The position numbers and the translations under genes were made by a program. A model generated the notes under the pieces. The model was not told the DNA's origin and made no database searches. It saw nothing but the letters and a program-made list of their open reading frames with translations. A stretch of 64,000 bases of DNA from the human T2T-CHM13v2.0 reference genome, Homo sapiens, in NCBI RefSeq assembly GCF_009914755.1, contig NC_060925.1. One strand, 5' to 3'. This document shows, piece by piece, positions 29,021 to 42,423 of this stretch (within the stretch, counting starts at the first letter, position 1; every line of letters starts with the position of its first letter).

Positions 29021-29450
29021 TCAGGGTTGTGGCAGAGCTTGGGACTGGTGATGTGTATGTCCACGCAGTACCAGCTTTACTATGCAAACTTGGAGTCTGA
29101 ATTCTTTGGCCGTGAGGTGTAAATCCAGACCATGCAAAATGTCCATCCCCAGAAAATATTCACGTATAGGAGAGACATACACAGCGTATAGGTGGGGATC
29201 CAAGCGGCCAATGCCAAGATGCAGAGACAGGTTTCACCTTTACTGATTGGCCCCCATAACTGTCAATGAATACAGTTTTGCCCAGAAACTTACCCGGGTT
29301 CCCAAAAACTAGACTGCAGTCTGCACCAGTATCTACCAGTGCCAAGACCCTCTGTACATTAGTTGGGGAGCAGTGGATTGCCAGCTCCACATGTGGCCTC
29401 TGTTCATCCACTCCCCAACTCCCACAAAGCCAGGCATCTTGGCCAGTTCC
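29021..29450 (-). pseudogene. pro: Retroviral aspartic protease, frameshifted
   Basis: LALVDTGADCSLV active site, with LGMDIL downstream in another frame. Confidence 0.88.
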
Positions 29451-30905
29451 CTAATCAAACAAGAAAGGTGCCATATCTTCGCCTGTCTGCAAATAGTCCT
29501 TGAGCTGCAGTGTCTAGACAGGATTAGGTTGAACAACTGTTTTGCCCCTTCTTGGGCATTTTCCAGAATTGTTGCTCTGGGGAAAATTGCCTCCACAGAG
29601 CCAACAGCATTTCACTGGGTTGCCCGTCAAGTGTCTCTTGAGCAACCCTAGCTGAAAGTAAATCAAACCACATTGGCTTGTGGGTCACCCACTGGGCCCC
29701 TTGTTATCTCCTTGGATAGTTACCTGTGGACCTTCTTTACAGCATGGACTTCCCCTTCTTTATGGCATGGAGTCCCTGGTCCTGCCAATGGCCTTCTGCC
29801 TCCCCAAGGGCTGCCATAGCGGTAGTCACTTCATGTATACGGTGCCCCACATATAGGGTGAGAACAGAGGCCAGAAAGCCAAAAGAGTTTGGGGATGCTG
29901 AGCCCAGCACCAGATCCCTCATGTGGGAGGCAAAGCATTTATCATCTGGCCCCCAGGTATTCAGATCAAACACAGCCTGCTGCATACCCATCTCCTAGAG
30001 TATCTGCACCAAATCAGTATATGATTGCCATTTACTCACAGTTTCTGATATTTCTCTGGCATCATTCCAAACAGTCCATGTGGCTCCCATTAGCCACTCA
30101 ATTAAAGTGTGGTCATCTTGTCCCTGTGCTGACCATTGGCACAGCTGCAGCCACTAATGAAGGGAGGGGTGAGTTGTGATAGAAGCCAGCTTCTCTATCA
30201 GAGGTGGAGCAGGGAATGTTGTCAGCTCCTTTGTCCCAAAGATGGAGTAACCAGGCAGGGAGGGGCTGCCGGCGCTGTTTACCTAACTCCCACAACTCAG
30301 TGGGGATATAAGCACTATAAGAGGTGTGTTCCACCACTGTGGGATTCCCTGGGCTCTCCCCTGGGGCTCCATTGGCTGCTTGCGTTCTACTTCTGATGGA
30401 TCATGGGGCAAGCCAGCAGCAGAAGAGCCTCCTCCTCCTCGGCATCAGACCCAATGAGAGTGTCCGGCTGGGAGGATGGGCTCAGGTCGCACTAACAGCT
30501 GTTGCTAACTCCTGTTCCAGGCTGTTTATCTGGGCCTCTAAGCACCCTGCTTGAGCCTGGAAGTCCTTCATCCCCAGGCTGTACTACAAGCTGTGCATTT
30601 GGGCCCCCAGGCACTTAGCTTGTGTCTGAAGATCCCTTACCTGCACTGTGTCCCGCAAGGACTGAGTATATACTTCACACAGGGCAGTCAGAAATGCCCA
30701 TCGACTCTGCCGGCAAAAGTGCATTCCTTCTTGAAGCTGTGTGCTTCCAGCTGCTCCAGTGCCTTCTCCACACTCGTGGGAGACCAGTCCACTGCCTCCT
30801 ACGTTTCCACTGGGGCCCATCCAAGCAGCACCTCTGCCACTGGGTACCACAGCCCGTGCTGTGGCCACAGAGCTGACCTGGAAGCCTCAAGGAATGAAGA
30901 CCCAC
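29451..30905 (-). pseudogene. gag: Degenerate ERVL-type gag
   Basis: HGLWYPVAEVLLGWAPVET*EAVD...SVEKAL, PTELWELGKQ...LPAWLLHLWD, ending LQLKDYLQ...PFLFD*. No CCHC knuckle seen. Confidence 0.8.
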
Positions 30906-30912
30906 TCACCTC

Positions 30913-30930
30913 ATCCTGCTGACTATGCCA
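30913..30930 (-). promoter_or_regulatory. Primer binding site, tRNA-Ser
   Basis: TGGCATAGTCAGCAGGAT versus the tRNA-Ser complement TGGCGTAGTCGGCAGGAT; both differences are CpG transitions. It lies 2 nt from the LTR end. Confidence 0.92.
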
Positions 30931-30932
30931 AT

Positions 30933-31251
30933 TGTCAGGTTCGAGCCCCAGCTGAGGTCTGAGGGGAGTGGGTGGATAGGGGGCAGGGAGCTAGAAGAAC
31001 ACTCGAGAGACAGCAGGTAGATGAGATATGGCTTTATTTAGCAGCTCTTTCTCAGTGTCAGTGTTACATTTATACACCTTACAAACAATAGTGGCTGAGA
31101 GCCAGGTCATGAGCTTCTCTATGTTATGTTTAGATAGCTGTGATTATATAAGGCATGAGAATGTGTGCCTGCACTCCAATCCTGCTGAGTCATGCAGGAT
31201 GTTTACCTCAGCCTGTGCCTGCTTGGCTGCAGCACAGCCATGTTTCTTACA
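30933..31251 (-). repeat. 5' LTR (LTR18-like)
   Basis: TG...CA termini, TATA-like box near 31145-31151, AATAAA near 31033-31038, adjacent to the PBS. Confidence 0.93.
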
Positions 31252-32250
31252 GCTTGCTAAAAATACACATTCCTGGGTCACATCTGTCTGAGACCTGCTG
31301 AATTAGACTCACTCGATGTGGGGCTTGGTAGTCTGTATTCTTAGCACCCTCTTCATGTAATTTAGATATATGTAACAGTTTTAAAAATCATTGCTCTTGG
31401 GTTGATACCAGTGTCTCTCAATCCCTATTAAACATCTCAATTACCTGCAGAGGATTTACTTAACAAAAACACATTCAAGCATGCCTGGGTCCCACTTCCC
31501 AGAATTCTGATACAGTAGGTTGAGAGTGAATCCCTGGCATCCTCAGTGATTCTGATTCCAGGCCAAAGTTGAAAGTTACTGATCTAAATCAGTGGTTTAA
31601 AACTTTGCTGAACATTAAAATGACCTGCACTGGCTGCACTATAAACCAATGAAATCAGAATCCCCGGGAACAGAACCCAGCCATCGGTATTTTTAAAATG
31701 TCTCCCAGGAATTCCTGAAGTGTGATCATGATTGAGAACAAGTGGTCTAGATCAGATGTCAGCAAACCTTTTCCTTAAAGGTCCAGAAAACAAATATTTT
31801 AGACTTTGTGGGCTATGTGGTCTCTGTCACAACTACTCAATGCTGCCATTATAGCATGGAAGCAATCATACACCATATGTAAATAAGTGGCTGTGACTGT
31901 GTTTTAATAACATTTTATTTGCAAAATTAAGTGGTGGGCCAGACTTGGCCTATATTTGCCATTTGTAGATCAGTGTTTCTCAAATTATTTGTGGTACAGG
32001 ATTGTTTTTTAAAAGAATTTCCAATCTGTGGCAGACTGATTCTTTTGTAAAATACAATAAAAATAAATTACTAGAAAAATGAAAAAGACAAAATATGAGC
32101 CTGCTGATTTGCAGTTGGATATTATAGCAATATTAAATTGCTATGATAGTTTCTAAATACTTACACTCCATTTCTTTACTTATCTTGCATGAACTGACAA
32201 CAACCATCTCAGACTAGACTCATTCAAAAACTACACTTTGAGTAGCATAG
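31252..32250. mobile_element. Cluster of hAT MITEs: three MER5-like, a MER58A-like (31753-31962) and one further hAT relic (31971-32250)
   Basis: Successive CAG...CTG-type termini separated by 8-bp spacers ATCTAAAT, GTCTAGAT and TTGTAGAT. Confidence 0.75.
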
Positions 32251-32539
32251 GTATAATCAAATCAATCATCTTCCTGTTTAAGGAATAAATGTGAACACAG
32301 TTGGGTAGAAAAAACTTCATAGAGAAACGACCTTTGAATCCAACTTTGAAAAAGGAGATGGACCTCAACTAGTGAAGAAGCAATGACTAGCCATCGTAGC
32401 CTAATACTTATCACTTAAAAAGCACTCCATAAAGTGAGCTGAATTGAATCAGGCAGTGAAAAGCAAGGTTTGTTAAGAAGATAGAGAGAAATGTGTTTGC
32501 CACTGTAAATAGAGGAGTGCTGATGGACTCCCAAAAGAA

Positions 32540-33000
32540 AGCGTGTTGAAGGGCTTTGAAATCAGAAAGGATTTGAAATCAGCTACTGGCATTGCCACTT
32601 AGTAGCTGAGTTTGTGGCAATTATTGACAATTCCAAGCATTGGTAACCTCATTTATAAAGTCAAGAATATTGTTAACTTCCCAGGATTGCTGAGGGAATT
32701 TGAGTTTTATAGTCAAAGTGCTCAGTATCTGGTGCTCAATACAGACAGTGATTATTGTTGGGGAGCCACAAGGGGCAGTGGAGAGAATGCCAGCCAGCTT
32801 CAGAGCCAGGCAGAGTTGGGTGTGAATTCTGGCTCTACCATTTGTGTGACATTGGGTCATTTAACCTCAGTGAATCTCAGTTTCTTCATCTATAAAACAG
32901 AGACATTCATACCTACCTTTCAGTTAAACTAAGAATTTGAGATTATCAAAATGTGTAAAGTACCTGGCACAAAAGAAGCATCCAGAAATGGTAGCTATCA
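32540..33000 (+). mobile_element. Two MIR copies
   Basis: GCCACTTAGTAGCTGAG and GTGTGACATTGGGTCATTTAACCTCAGTGAATCTCAGTTTCTTCATCTATAAAA cores. Confidence 0.7.
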
Positions 33001-33459
33001 TTTTCTCATACCATTTTTTATTCATATATAATCCACATACCATAAAATTCATCCTTTAAAATGTATAATTTAGTAGCTTTTAGTATATTCACAAAGGTGT
33101 TCAACCACCACCACTATCTAATTTTAAAATAGCTATTGATTTTAAACTATTTAAATTCAATAACCCTAGGTTGTCCTCTGTCCTTTCATACCCCAAAACC
33201 TTCACTGGAGCTTGACAGGGGAGAAATCATACCATACAACAGTTAGCAATAATTGTATGTAGTCTCTTTCTAAAGTCTCACATCTTACAGCAGCTGCTCC
33301 AACCTTTTCTCCTTCTTCCAGAGCTCCAACTTAGGTGGCTCTCCTCATCTTTGTTCCTTCTCTTGGAGCTTTTGTAACTCTAGCTTCCCTATAGTTCCAT
33401 GTCTTTTCTCACACTCACACCCAGTAATGTATCCCATTTCCTCAGTTTCTTTGGTTTGC

Positions 33460-33905
33460 CACTGCCAGGCATCACTTCTCTGTGCTCTGAGGTCTGTGCT
33501 CCATTCTCATAATGAGGTCTTGCAGAGGGTGCTCTGGCCAGGAGCTACACTCTTTAACTCCCCTTGTGTCTGGGTAGAGCCACATGGACTAAGTAGACTA
33601 GTCCCCATCTCAGGGAGGTAAGCAGAAATGATGAGTGTCACCTCCAGACCAAACTGATTAAGAAGTGGGTATGTCTCCTCTACCTTCTCTCTTCTTGTCT
33701 TCCAGCTAAAGGCAAAGGACCCCAAGACTCAAGAAAATAGCTAGGCCTCCAACCAGGAGGAGTTTGGGCCCACGGTCCACAAATTATCACATGAGAGGCA
33801 ACCCATTGAGTACCTGATTGGGATTAACATGAGCAAGAAACAAATCTACTGTGTTTATGCTACTGAGAGATGGAAGATTGTTATAGAAGCTAGTTTTGCC
33901 TTAAC
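33460..33905 (+). mobile_element. Old MLT1 (MLT1J-like) LTR
   Basis: GCAGAAATGATGAGTGTCACCTCCAG...ATGAGCAAGAAACAAATC...GCTACTGAGA. Confidence 0.55.
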
Positions 33906-36089
33906 TGAGAGCAACAACCTGTGGTGATGTCAGTGTCAAAGTCAGTGATAGCATTCCTCTGGCATTGTCCCAGGGAAGCCAGGGATTTGGTGGGACCTCA
34001 GAGCCAGAGGTCCTTGGATGCTATGGGGACTGTGGTTAAGAAAGACAAAGTCTTTGGCAGTGGCTGCTCTGTCTCCCAGCAGGACTAGGGTGGAACCGAT
34101 TGGCAAAGTATAAAAGCACAGTGAGAGCAAATACCAGAGTTCAGTTGGCTGCTCCAAGGCACTAGGGAGTGGGCTCTGGCTGACTCCAGATAGGGACAAC
34201 ACCTCTCTCCCTGAAGTTGGCTGAACAGTCCCAGTAGAATCCTTCCTTGGAGACAGGCACTCAGGCTAAATTTCAATAGTTAGATCTGGCTCTCTCCCCT
34301 TTCCACTTCTTTTTCCCTCAGTTCAGTGGCCTTGGTCCAGCAGGTCAGGTAAAACATTGGTCAGACTTTCCCAGAGCTCTGTCAGAGAAAACCCCATGGT
34401 ATCACATGAGAGGAGGCCAGCACACCTTTCTCTAGTGTTACAGAATGAAACTGTTGTATGCGTGTTAGGTACATGGGGAATTCTCCTGCCACTAAGTGGG
34501 AACCTCTGGTAGAGATGCTAGGTATTCAGTCCGCTACTACTTCTCAGTTTTCTCCTCAGAAAGTAAATCAAGAGGGCCATGTTTCCCATAGCCCAGTGGG
34601 AAGACAAAAACAGTTTGAAATACACCTAAGATCTAATCCTGGGGCAGCTCTGGGGCCAGGTAGCTCGAGGGTTTGGGTCAAAGCTCACAACCACACAGGG
34701 AAGACCTAGTGTTTCTTCCCTACAAAATGATGAGAGATAGAATGGGAAGATGGGGTGCAGGAACAAAATCCCAACTCCATCCAGTCTCCCCAGATGGTCT
34801 TGCAACAGGCTTGAAATACCTGGCCTGTTGCCCTGGCCGGTTCCAAACCCCTGAGGCAGGCTCTGTGGGAAGCAGCCTTTGTCCCCTACAACCTTAGGAA
34901 AGCTACTTTTCCCATCTGAACTGACCCTCTGAGTATGCTTTCAGCGTTTCCCTTAGTCTGTCCCCAGGACCAGTGATTGCAGAGCATGCTACCTAAGTGT
35001 TGGTGCCACAGGGATTCAGCTATTCTCACAGGGAGCCAGCAAAAGCCTCACTGACCAGATGTCTGACTCCAAACTCCTTTTTATCCTGCCCAGATCTGGA
35101 CAGATGAAGTTTTCAGGTACCCAGTGGCAAAACAGTGGTCTCCCCATGGCTAGTCCCTTCTGTGTGAGATGTTTCCTTTAGGGAAATCATTAAATGATGC
35201 TGCCGGGAAAGTAAATTGCCTAAGGTCACCATGAGCCAGGAGTTGGCCCTCAGGTTTGCTGGGTTGGGAACTTAATTCCTTAAGTTCCTCAGAGATAAGA
35301 AGGCTATGGGGAGCTGATTCTCTAAGTAAGAGCCTGATTGACAAATGAATACAGACTTATCAATGAGGGTATCAGGTAGGATCATAAGTGCCCAACCTTT
35401 TCTGAGAGTGCCCCTGAGGATAAATAATCTTACTTGGGATGCTGAAATATAAAGGAGATTTTCTTGATGTAGACAAAAGCAGAGCAAAGTTTCAAGAGTG
35501 TTCTTGTTTATAAGGCTATTTCATCATTCTAGAGTAGCTGGATTCACTGCCTTTCTGCACTCTGGAGACGTTTCTGAATAAAAAGTACTGGTTCTCAGAA
35601 TTTGAGGGCTCTCACCCTGGCACAGTGCTTGAGGTCACCCACCAGTTTAGAGAGTATTTATGCAGACCATCTGTGATGCCAGATATAATAGGGCACAATT
35701 GGGTAGATGACAACTTCTTTTATAAGCTAGGGCTTTCTAATTTTTTGTAAATAATGCACTCAAGCAACAATATGTGTATGAATTGACAGAAGGATTCTAG
35801 CCATCCCAGGTCCTGTTCTGCCACCCTGAGATCTACAGGAAGTAAAAATCCCCACACATCTGTGACTCATTGTTGCTCATCAGTTGGCCCTGACAGATCT
35901 GTTGGAAAGCTCTGGCACATACCATCATCTTCTTTACTAGATTTTGGAGCATTTAGCAGAGATGATAAATATTTTAGTCTTATGAGCAACACATTTTCTC
36001 TTAGGATCAGATTCTTTTGATATCGTGTCTTGGGGTTTTCTGTCTCTACTTTCAGCAGGTGATTTTTTCTGACCCTGCCCCAACCATCC

Positions 36090-36512
36090 CAAATCTGGAA
36101 TGCCTTCTGTGGACAATACTTTCATATTGTGTCCAGATCCCCACTTCAGGGCTGAGGCACAAGCCTCCAGCTGCTGATGGCTCACAGCTGTGTCCCTTCC
36201 TGGGCAATGACCTTGGCAGAGAACTATCTGGCTCCAGACTAAGGCCCCTCCCAGGCATGGCTCAATAGCCAATGACTGCCTGATGCAGAGATACAATGGT
36301 TGGGCCCTTGGCTTTAGTAGGAGACAATTCTGAAGGCTCATCTCAGCTCCAGCACTCCCTGTAGCATTGGTAAGGCCTCAGTTACAACATATGAAGGGTC
36401 AATTTCTCCCCCACCTATCCTTGTAAGTGCATCTCTGGAAACATACCCAAGAAACCTTCTGCATGCTAGTCTCTGTCACCAAGTCTGCTTTCAGGGAACC
36501 CAACCTAAGCCA
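36090..36512 (+). mobile_element. LTR16-like (ERVL) solo LTR
   Basis: CCCACTTCAGGGCTGAGGCAC...GAGACAATTCTGAAGG...GTCTGCTTTCAGGGAACCCAACCTAAG. Confidence 0.65.
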
Positions 36513-36855
36513 CATTCTCTTTGAGATCTCTTGAGCATTTCAGTGTCATATACTTTCTACACTATAAAATGACCAGATTTATGTAAACACATGGAGTAAA
36601 TTGTTAAAAGTTAATGGGAAAGTGAACAGCTAAAACTTCTGGGAAAAATATAATTCAAAAGAAAAATCTGAGTCTTTCTTTGGGAAGGGAGGGAGAACCC
36701 AGAGACCAAAAGGTGACCTGTCCTCTGTGTCTTCTAGGACAAGTCACCTTCTCTCTCTGTTGGCCTTCCTTTCTCCATCCATCATGTGATCAGGTGCATA
36801 CCTAATTCCTCTACTCAGACTTTCTGTGGCTCCACATTTCTCTGTTTCTCTAATG

Positions 36856-37050
36856 CAGTGGTTCTCAAACTTGAGTGTATATCAAAACCTCTTTAAAGGC
36901 ATTTTAAAACACAGATTTCTGTGCCCCACCTTCAGAGTTTATCATTCAGTAGGTCAGGAATGCTGCCCTAGAATTTGTATCTCTAACAGGTGCTAGGAGA
37001 CGCAGATGGCAGTGCTGTTAGTCTGGGGTCCACACTTTGAAAACCATCGT
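36856..37050. mobile_element. MER5A/B
   Basis: CAGTGGTTCTCAAACTTGAGTGT...GGGGTCCACACTTTGAAAACCA. Confidence 0.8.
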
Positions 37051-38211
37051 TCTGGTGGTGTCTAAGAGCTGTTTGTTCTCTCTGATGGAAGAAGGACCAT
37101 TTCACAAGTTATAATAGCAGTGGTATTATTACTCAGGAACTTTAAACAGTTAATTCAGCTTCTTTATTTGCTTAGGGAGAAACTCTCTGTTAAGAAAAGT
37201 TTTCCCAGCCCAGTTGAAACCTAACTATCTAAAGCTAAATCTTATATGAAAAAGAGGTCAGTTTTTCCAGAGGAGGTTGTGAAGATTATAAACCACATAG
37301 ATTTTGATTAACGGCACACTCTTCAAAGCAGAAGAAAGGAGGGAGGAAAAAAAGTGTCTTTTGGAGAGTGTCTTTCTTGAAGACCCTTGCCACCTGAACA
37401 TGATCTGGATACTGACAGGGTCTGATATGAGCCTCACTTGTGTGAAAGATCTCAGCCTCCAGCCCCTGGGGACTCTGGGAGCTGTGCTATAGCCTTTAAG
37501 GCATGCTCACTGCCAGCAAAAGTCATCCACACAGGGCTGCACTGCTGGAAGCACTTTCCCTTCTCTGGCCCCAGGCCTCACCACCCAGTGTGTTTTTACT
37601 GGACATCGCTGAGGTCTGAGAGCCCAGGCGTCAGGGCACTTCCCTCTTAGGAGTGTAGTGTCTGGGATGCTGAGCCCAGGCCTGCCAGTTCCCATGCTCG
37701 CCTCCAGGCCATGACGTAGTCCTGCTGGCTGGAGGAAGGCAGGCTTTGCCTGTTCTCACTGAGTGTGTGGTTGGATGATGCCCTGGACTGTCCTCTGAAA
37801 GCACTTGGACACTGCATGGGATCAAGAAAATCTTTAAATAATTCTTCCCCTTTGTACCAAAGGCAGTTTACCCACCTTTAAAGCATCAGAGGATTTCAGG
37901 ACTCAGAGGGATCTTGAGAGACCATCCAGTCAAGCTCTTTCTCTTTAATGATCATGAAGCCCTGTTCTTCATAATGATGTTAACATTTCAAGTGTATGAA
38001 GTTTACAGAGTACTTTCATATATATCATATTTTTCTTACATGGTCCATTGAATCTGTTAGAAAGCCCTGTTGACTTTTCCTAAAAAATATGCCCTATAGA
38101 TCTGCCATTTCTCTTCATCCTTTCTGCTATACCCTAGCCACCATAATCTCTTGCCTGGACACAGCGCTGGCCTCCAGACATGTTTCTTCTCTTGTTCCCT
38201 GGCTCCCCCAC

Positions 38212-38709
38212 TGTCTTAGTCCACTTAGGCTACTAAAACAAAACACCATATACTGGGTGGCTTATAAATAGCAGAAATTTGTTTCTTACAGTTCTGAAGC
38301 CTGGGAAGTCCAAGATTAAGATGCCAGCAGAAACAGTGCCCCATTTCCTGGTTCACAGAGAGCACCTTCTGTCTGTGTCCTTACATGGTGAAAGAACAAG
38401 GCAAGCTGGACATGGTGGCTCACACCTGCAATCCCAGCACTTTGGGATGCTGATGTGGGAGGATCACTTGAACCCAGAAGGTCCAGATCAGCCTGGGTAA
38501 TATGATGACACCTCATCTTTATTAAAAAAGAAATAAAAAATGAGAGAGGAAGGCAGTCCTCTGGAGCCTCTTTTATAAGGGTACAAATTCCATTCATCAG
38601 GGTTCCTGACCTAATCACCTCCCAAAGGCTCTCCATCCTAACACCATCACATTGGACGTTAAGATTTTCATATGAACTTTGGGGGGACACAGACATTCAG
38701 ACCATAGGA
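38212..38709 (-). mobile_element. MLT1A-type LTR carrying a FLAM/Alu monomer (38403-38539, + strand), inside an L2 relic
   Basis: TGTCTTAGTCC...GGGGGACACAGACATTCAGACCATAG. The insert is a single Alu arm with an A-rich tail. Confidence 0.85.
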
Positions 38710-39275
38710 CCACCCCACTATCCCTTTTCCACATAGCAACCAGAAGGATGTTTTCAAAATATAAATCAGTGGCAGTTGCACAACATTATGAATGCACTAA
38801 ATGTCACTGAAAATGTTTACGTCAAAATGGTTAATTTTATGTTATGTAAATTTCACTTCAATTTAAGATATCTATGTCTGAAATGGTTTAGTTATTTGTC
38901 CTACCTATAGTCTAAATTACATGTTGAAATATAATCTCCAATGTTGGAAGGGGGGCCTAGTGGGAGGTAATTGGATCATGGGGGCAGATCCCTCATGCCT
39001 TGGTGCTGTCCTCACAATAGTGAGTACTTGTGAGATTTGATTTTTTAAAAGTGTGTGTCACCTCCTCCCTTCCCCTTGCTTCTGCTTTTGCCATGTAACG
39101 TGTGGGTTTCCACTTTGCCTTCTGCCATGAGTAAGAGCTCACTGAAGCCTCCCCAGAAGCTGAGCAGAAACCAGCACCATGCTTCCTATAAAGTGGAACT
39201 GTAAGCCAAATGAAACCTCTTTTCTTTATACATTACCCAGTCTCAGGGGTTGGTTGTTTTTCTCTTTTTACGTAG

Positions 39276-39609
<334 letters not shown>

Positions 39610-40236
39610 ACAGGTATTTTTTATAGCAATGTAAGAACAGCCTAACATAGAAAATTTGTACCAGGAGTGGGGTCTTGCTATAAAGATAACTGATAATATG
39701 GAAGCACCTTTGGAACTGGGCAATGGGCAGAGGTTGGAAGAGTGTGGATGCTCAAAAGAAGACAGGAAGATGAGGGAAAGTTTGGAACATCTTTGAGACT
39801 GGTTAAATGGTTGTGACCAAATTGCTGATAGTGATATGGACAGTGAAGTCCAGGCTGACAAGGTCTCAGATGGAAATGAGGAACTTACTGAGAACTGGAG
39901 CAAAAGTCACCTTTGTTATGCCTTAGCAAAGAACTCAGCTGTACTTTGTTCATGCCCTGGGGATCTGTGGAAATGTGAACTTAAGAGTAATGATTTAGGG
40001 TATCTGGTGGAAGAAATCTCTAAGCAGCAAAGCATTCAAGATGTGGTGTGGCTGCTTTTAACAACCTAACTCAGATGCAGGAACAAAGAAATGATCTAAA
40101 GTTGGAATTGATACTTAAAAGAGAAGCAGAGCATAAAAATTTGGAAAATTTGCAGCCTAGCCCATAGCAAAGAAAGAAAAGGCTTTTATAGGGGAAAAAT
40201 CCAAGCAGGTTATGGAGTGACTACTTGTTAGAAATA

Positions 40237-41366
<1,130 letters not shown>

Positions 41367-41749
41367 TCATGGGGGCACATCCCTCATGGTTTGGTGCTGT
41401 CCTCACAATAGTGAGTACTCGCAAGATCTGGTTGTTTAAAAGTTTGTGGCACCTCCCCCTTCCTCTTATTTTCACCATGTGACATACAAGCTCCTGCTTT
41501 GCCTTCTGCCATGAGTAAAAGGTCCCTGAGGCCTCCCCACAAGCTGAGCAGATGCTGATCCTATGCTTGTTCAGCCTGTAGAACCATGAGCCAGCATGAT
41601 TAAAAGAAGTTTAATTAAAAGAAAGTTAAATGAATTAAACTTTTCTTTACAAATTACCCAATCTCAGGTAGTTCTTTATAATAACGCAGGAACAACTTAA
41701 CACAATATCTGTCTATCTATCTCAGAGAGAGAAAGAGAAGAGAGCATGA

Positions 41750-42219
41750 CACCAAATCCTTCAGTGGTTTCAATTGCACTTAGAATACAAATGTAAATTC
41801 TTTAACACAAGAATACTAGGCCTATCTGATGTAGCCCTTGCAACATTACCTCCCTCATCTCCTATCACACTTTCTCTCACCTGTGCTGTTCCCAGGCACA
41901 CTGTCTTCCTCTCTGTTCAAGCACCTTGTACCTGGAGAAGCTGCAGGTGCTCAAGCTGGAAGCTGTTGAGCTTGTTCCTAAAAACCATTACAATTCCCTG
42001 TCTTTAATATGCTTCATCCAAGCCCACCCAATCCAAAGAAGCTTCCCCACTCACTATTAGTACCTCATCTTATTTTATTCATATCACTACCTGATATTGC
42101 CTTATTTGCTTATTTATTGTTTGACTCCCTCTCCACAAAAATATCTGTTCCCTGAGAGACCTTGTCTGTCTCTTTCAGTGCATCTCCAGGGCCTAGAACA
42201 GTGCCTGACTCCTAGTAAG
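41750..42219 (-). mobile_element. L2 3' region
   Basis: CACTTAGAATACAAATG...CCAGGGCCTAGAACAGTGCCTGAC. Confidence 0.65.
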
Positions 42220-42368
42220 TGTATTAGTGAAGGTTCTCCAGAGAAACAGAACCAATAGGAGTATAGCCTCCACTGTGTATGTGTGTGTGTATACATATAC
42301 ATATATATACACACATATGTATATATACACATATATATACACACATATGTATATATACACATATACAC

Positions 42369-42423
<55 letters not shown>

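Larger units (their letters stand above)
24587..31251 (-). mobile_element. Full-length class III endogenous retrovirus, HERV-S/HERV18-like provirus (LTR-gag-pro-pol-env-LTR)
   Basis: Two 319-bp direct repeats, TSD GTTTG (24582-24586) / GCTTG (31252-31256), tRNA-Ser PBS, PPT, and protease, RT, RNase H, integrase and env motifs. Confidence 0.93.

Noticed and set aside
30913-30949. tRNA-Ser gene or pseudogene
   Set aside because: Only the PBS and a 9-nt T-psi-C match are present, in permuted order, with no cloverleaf.
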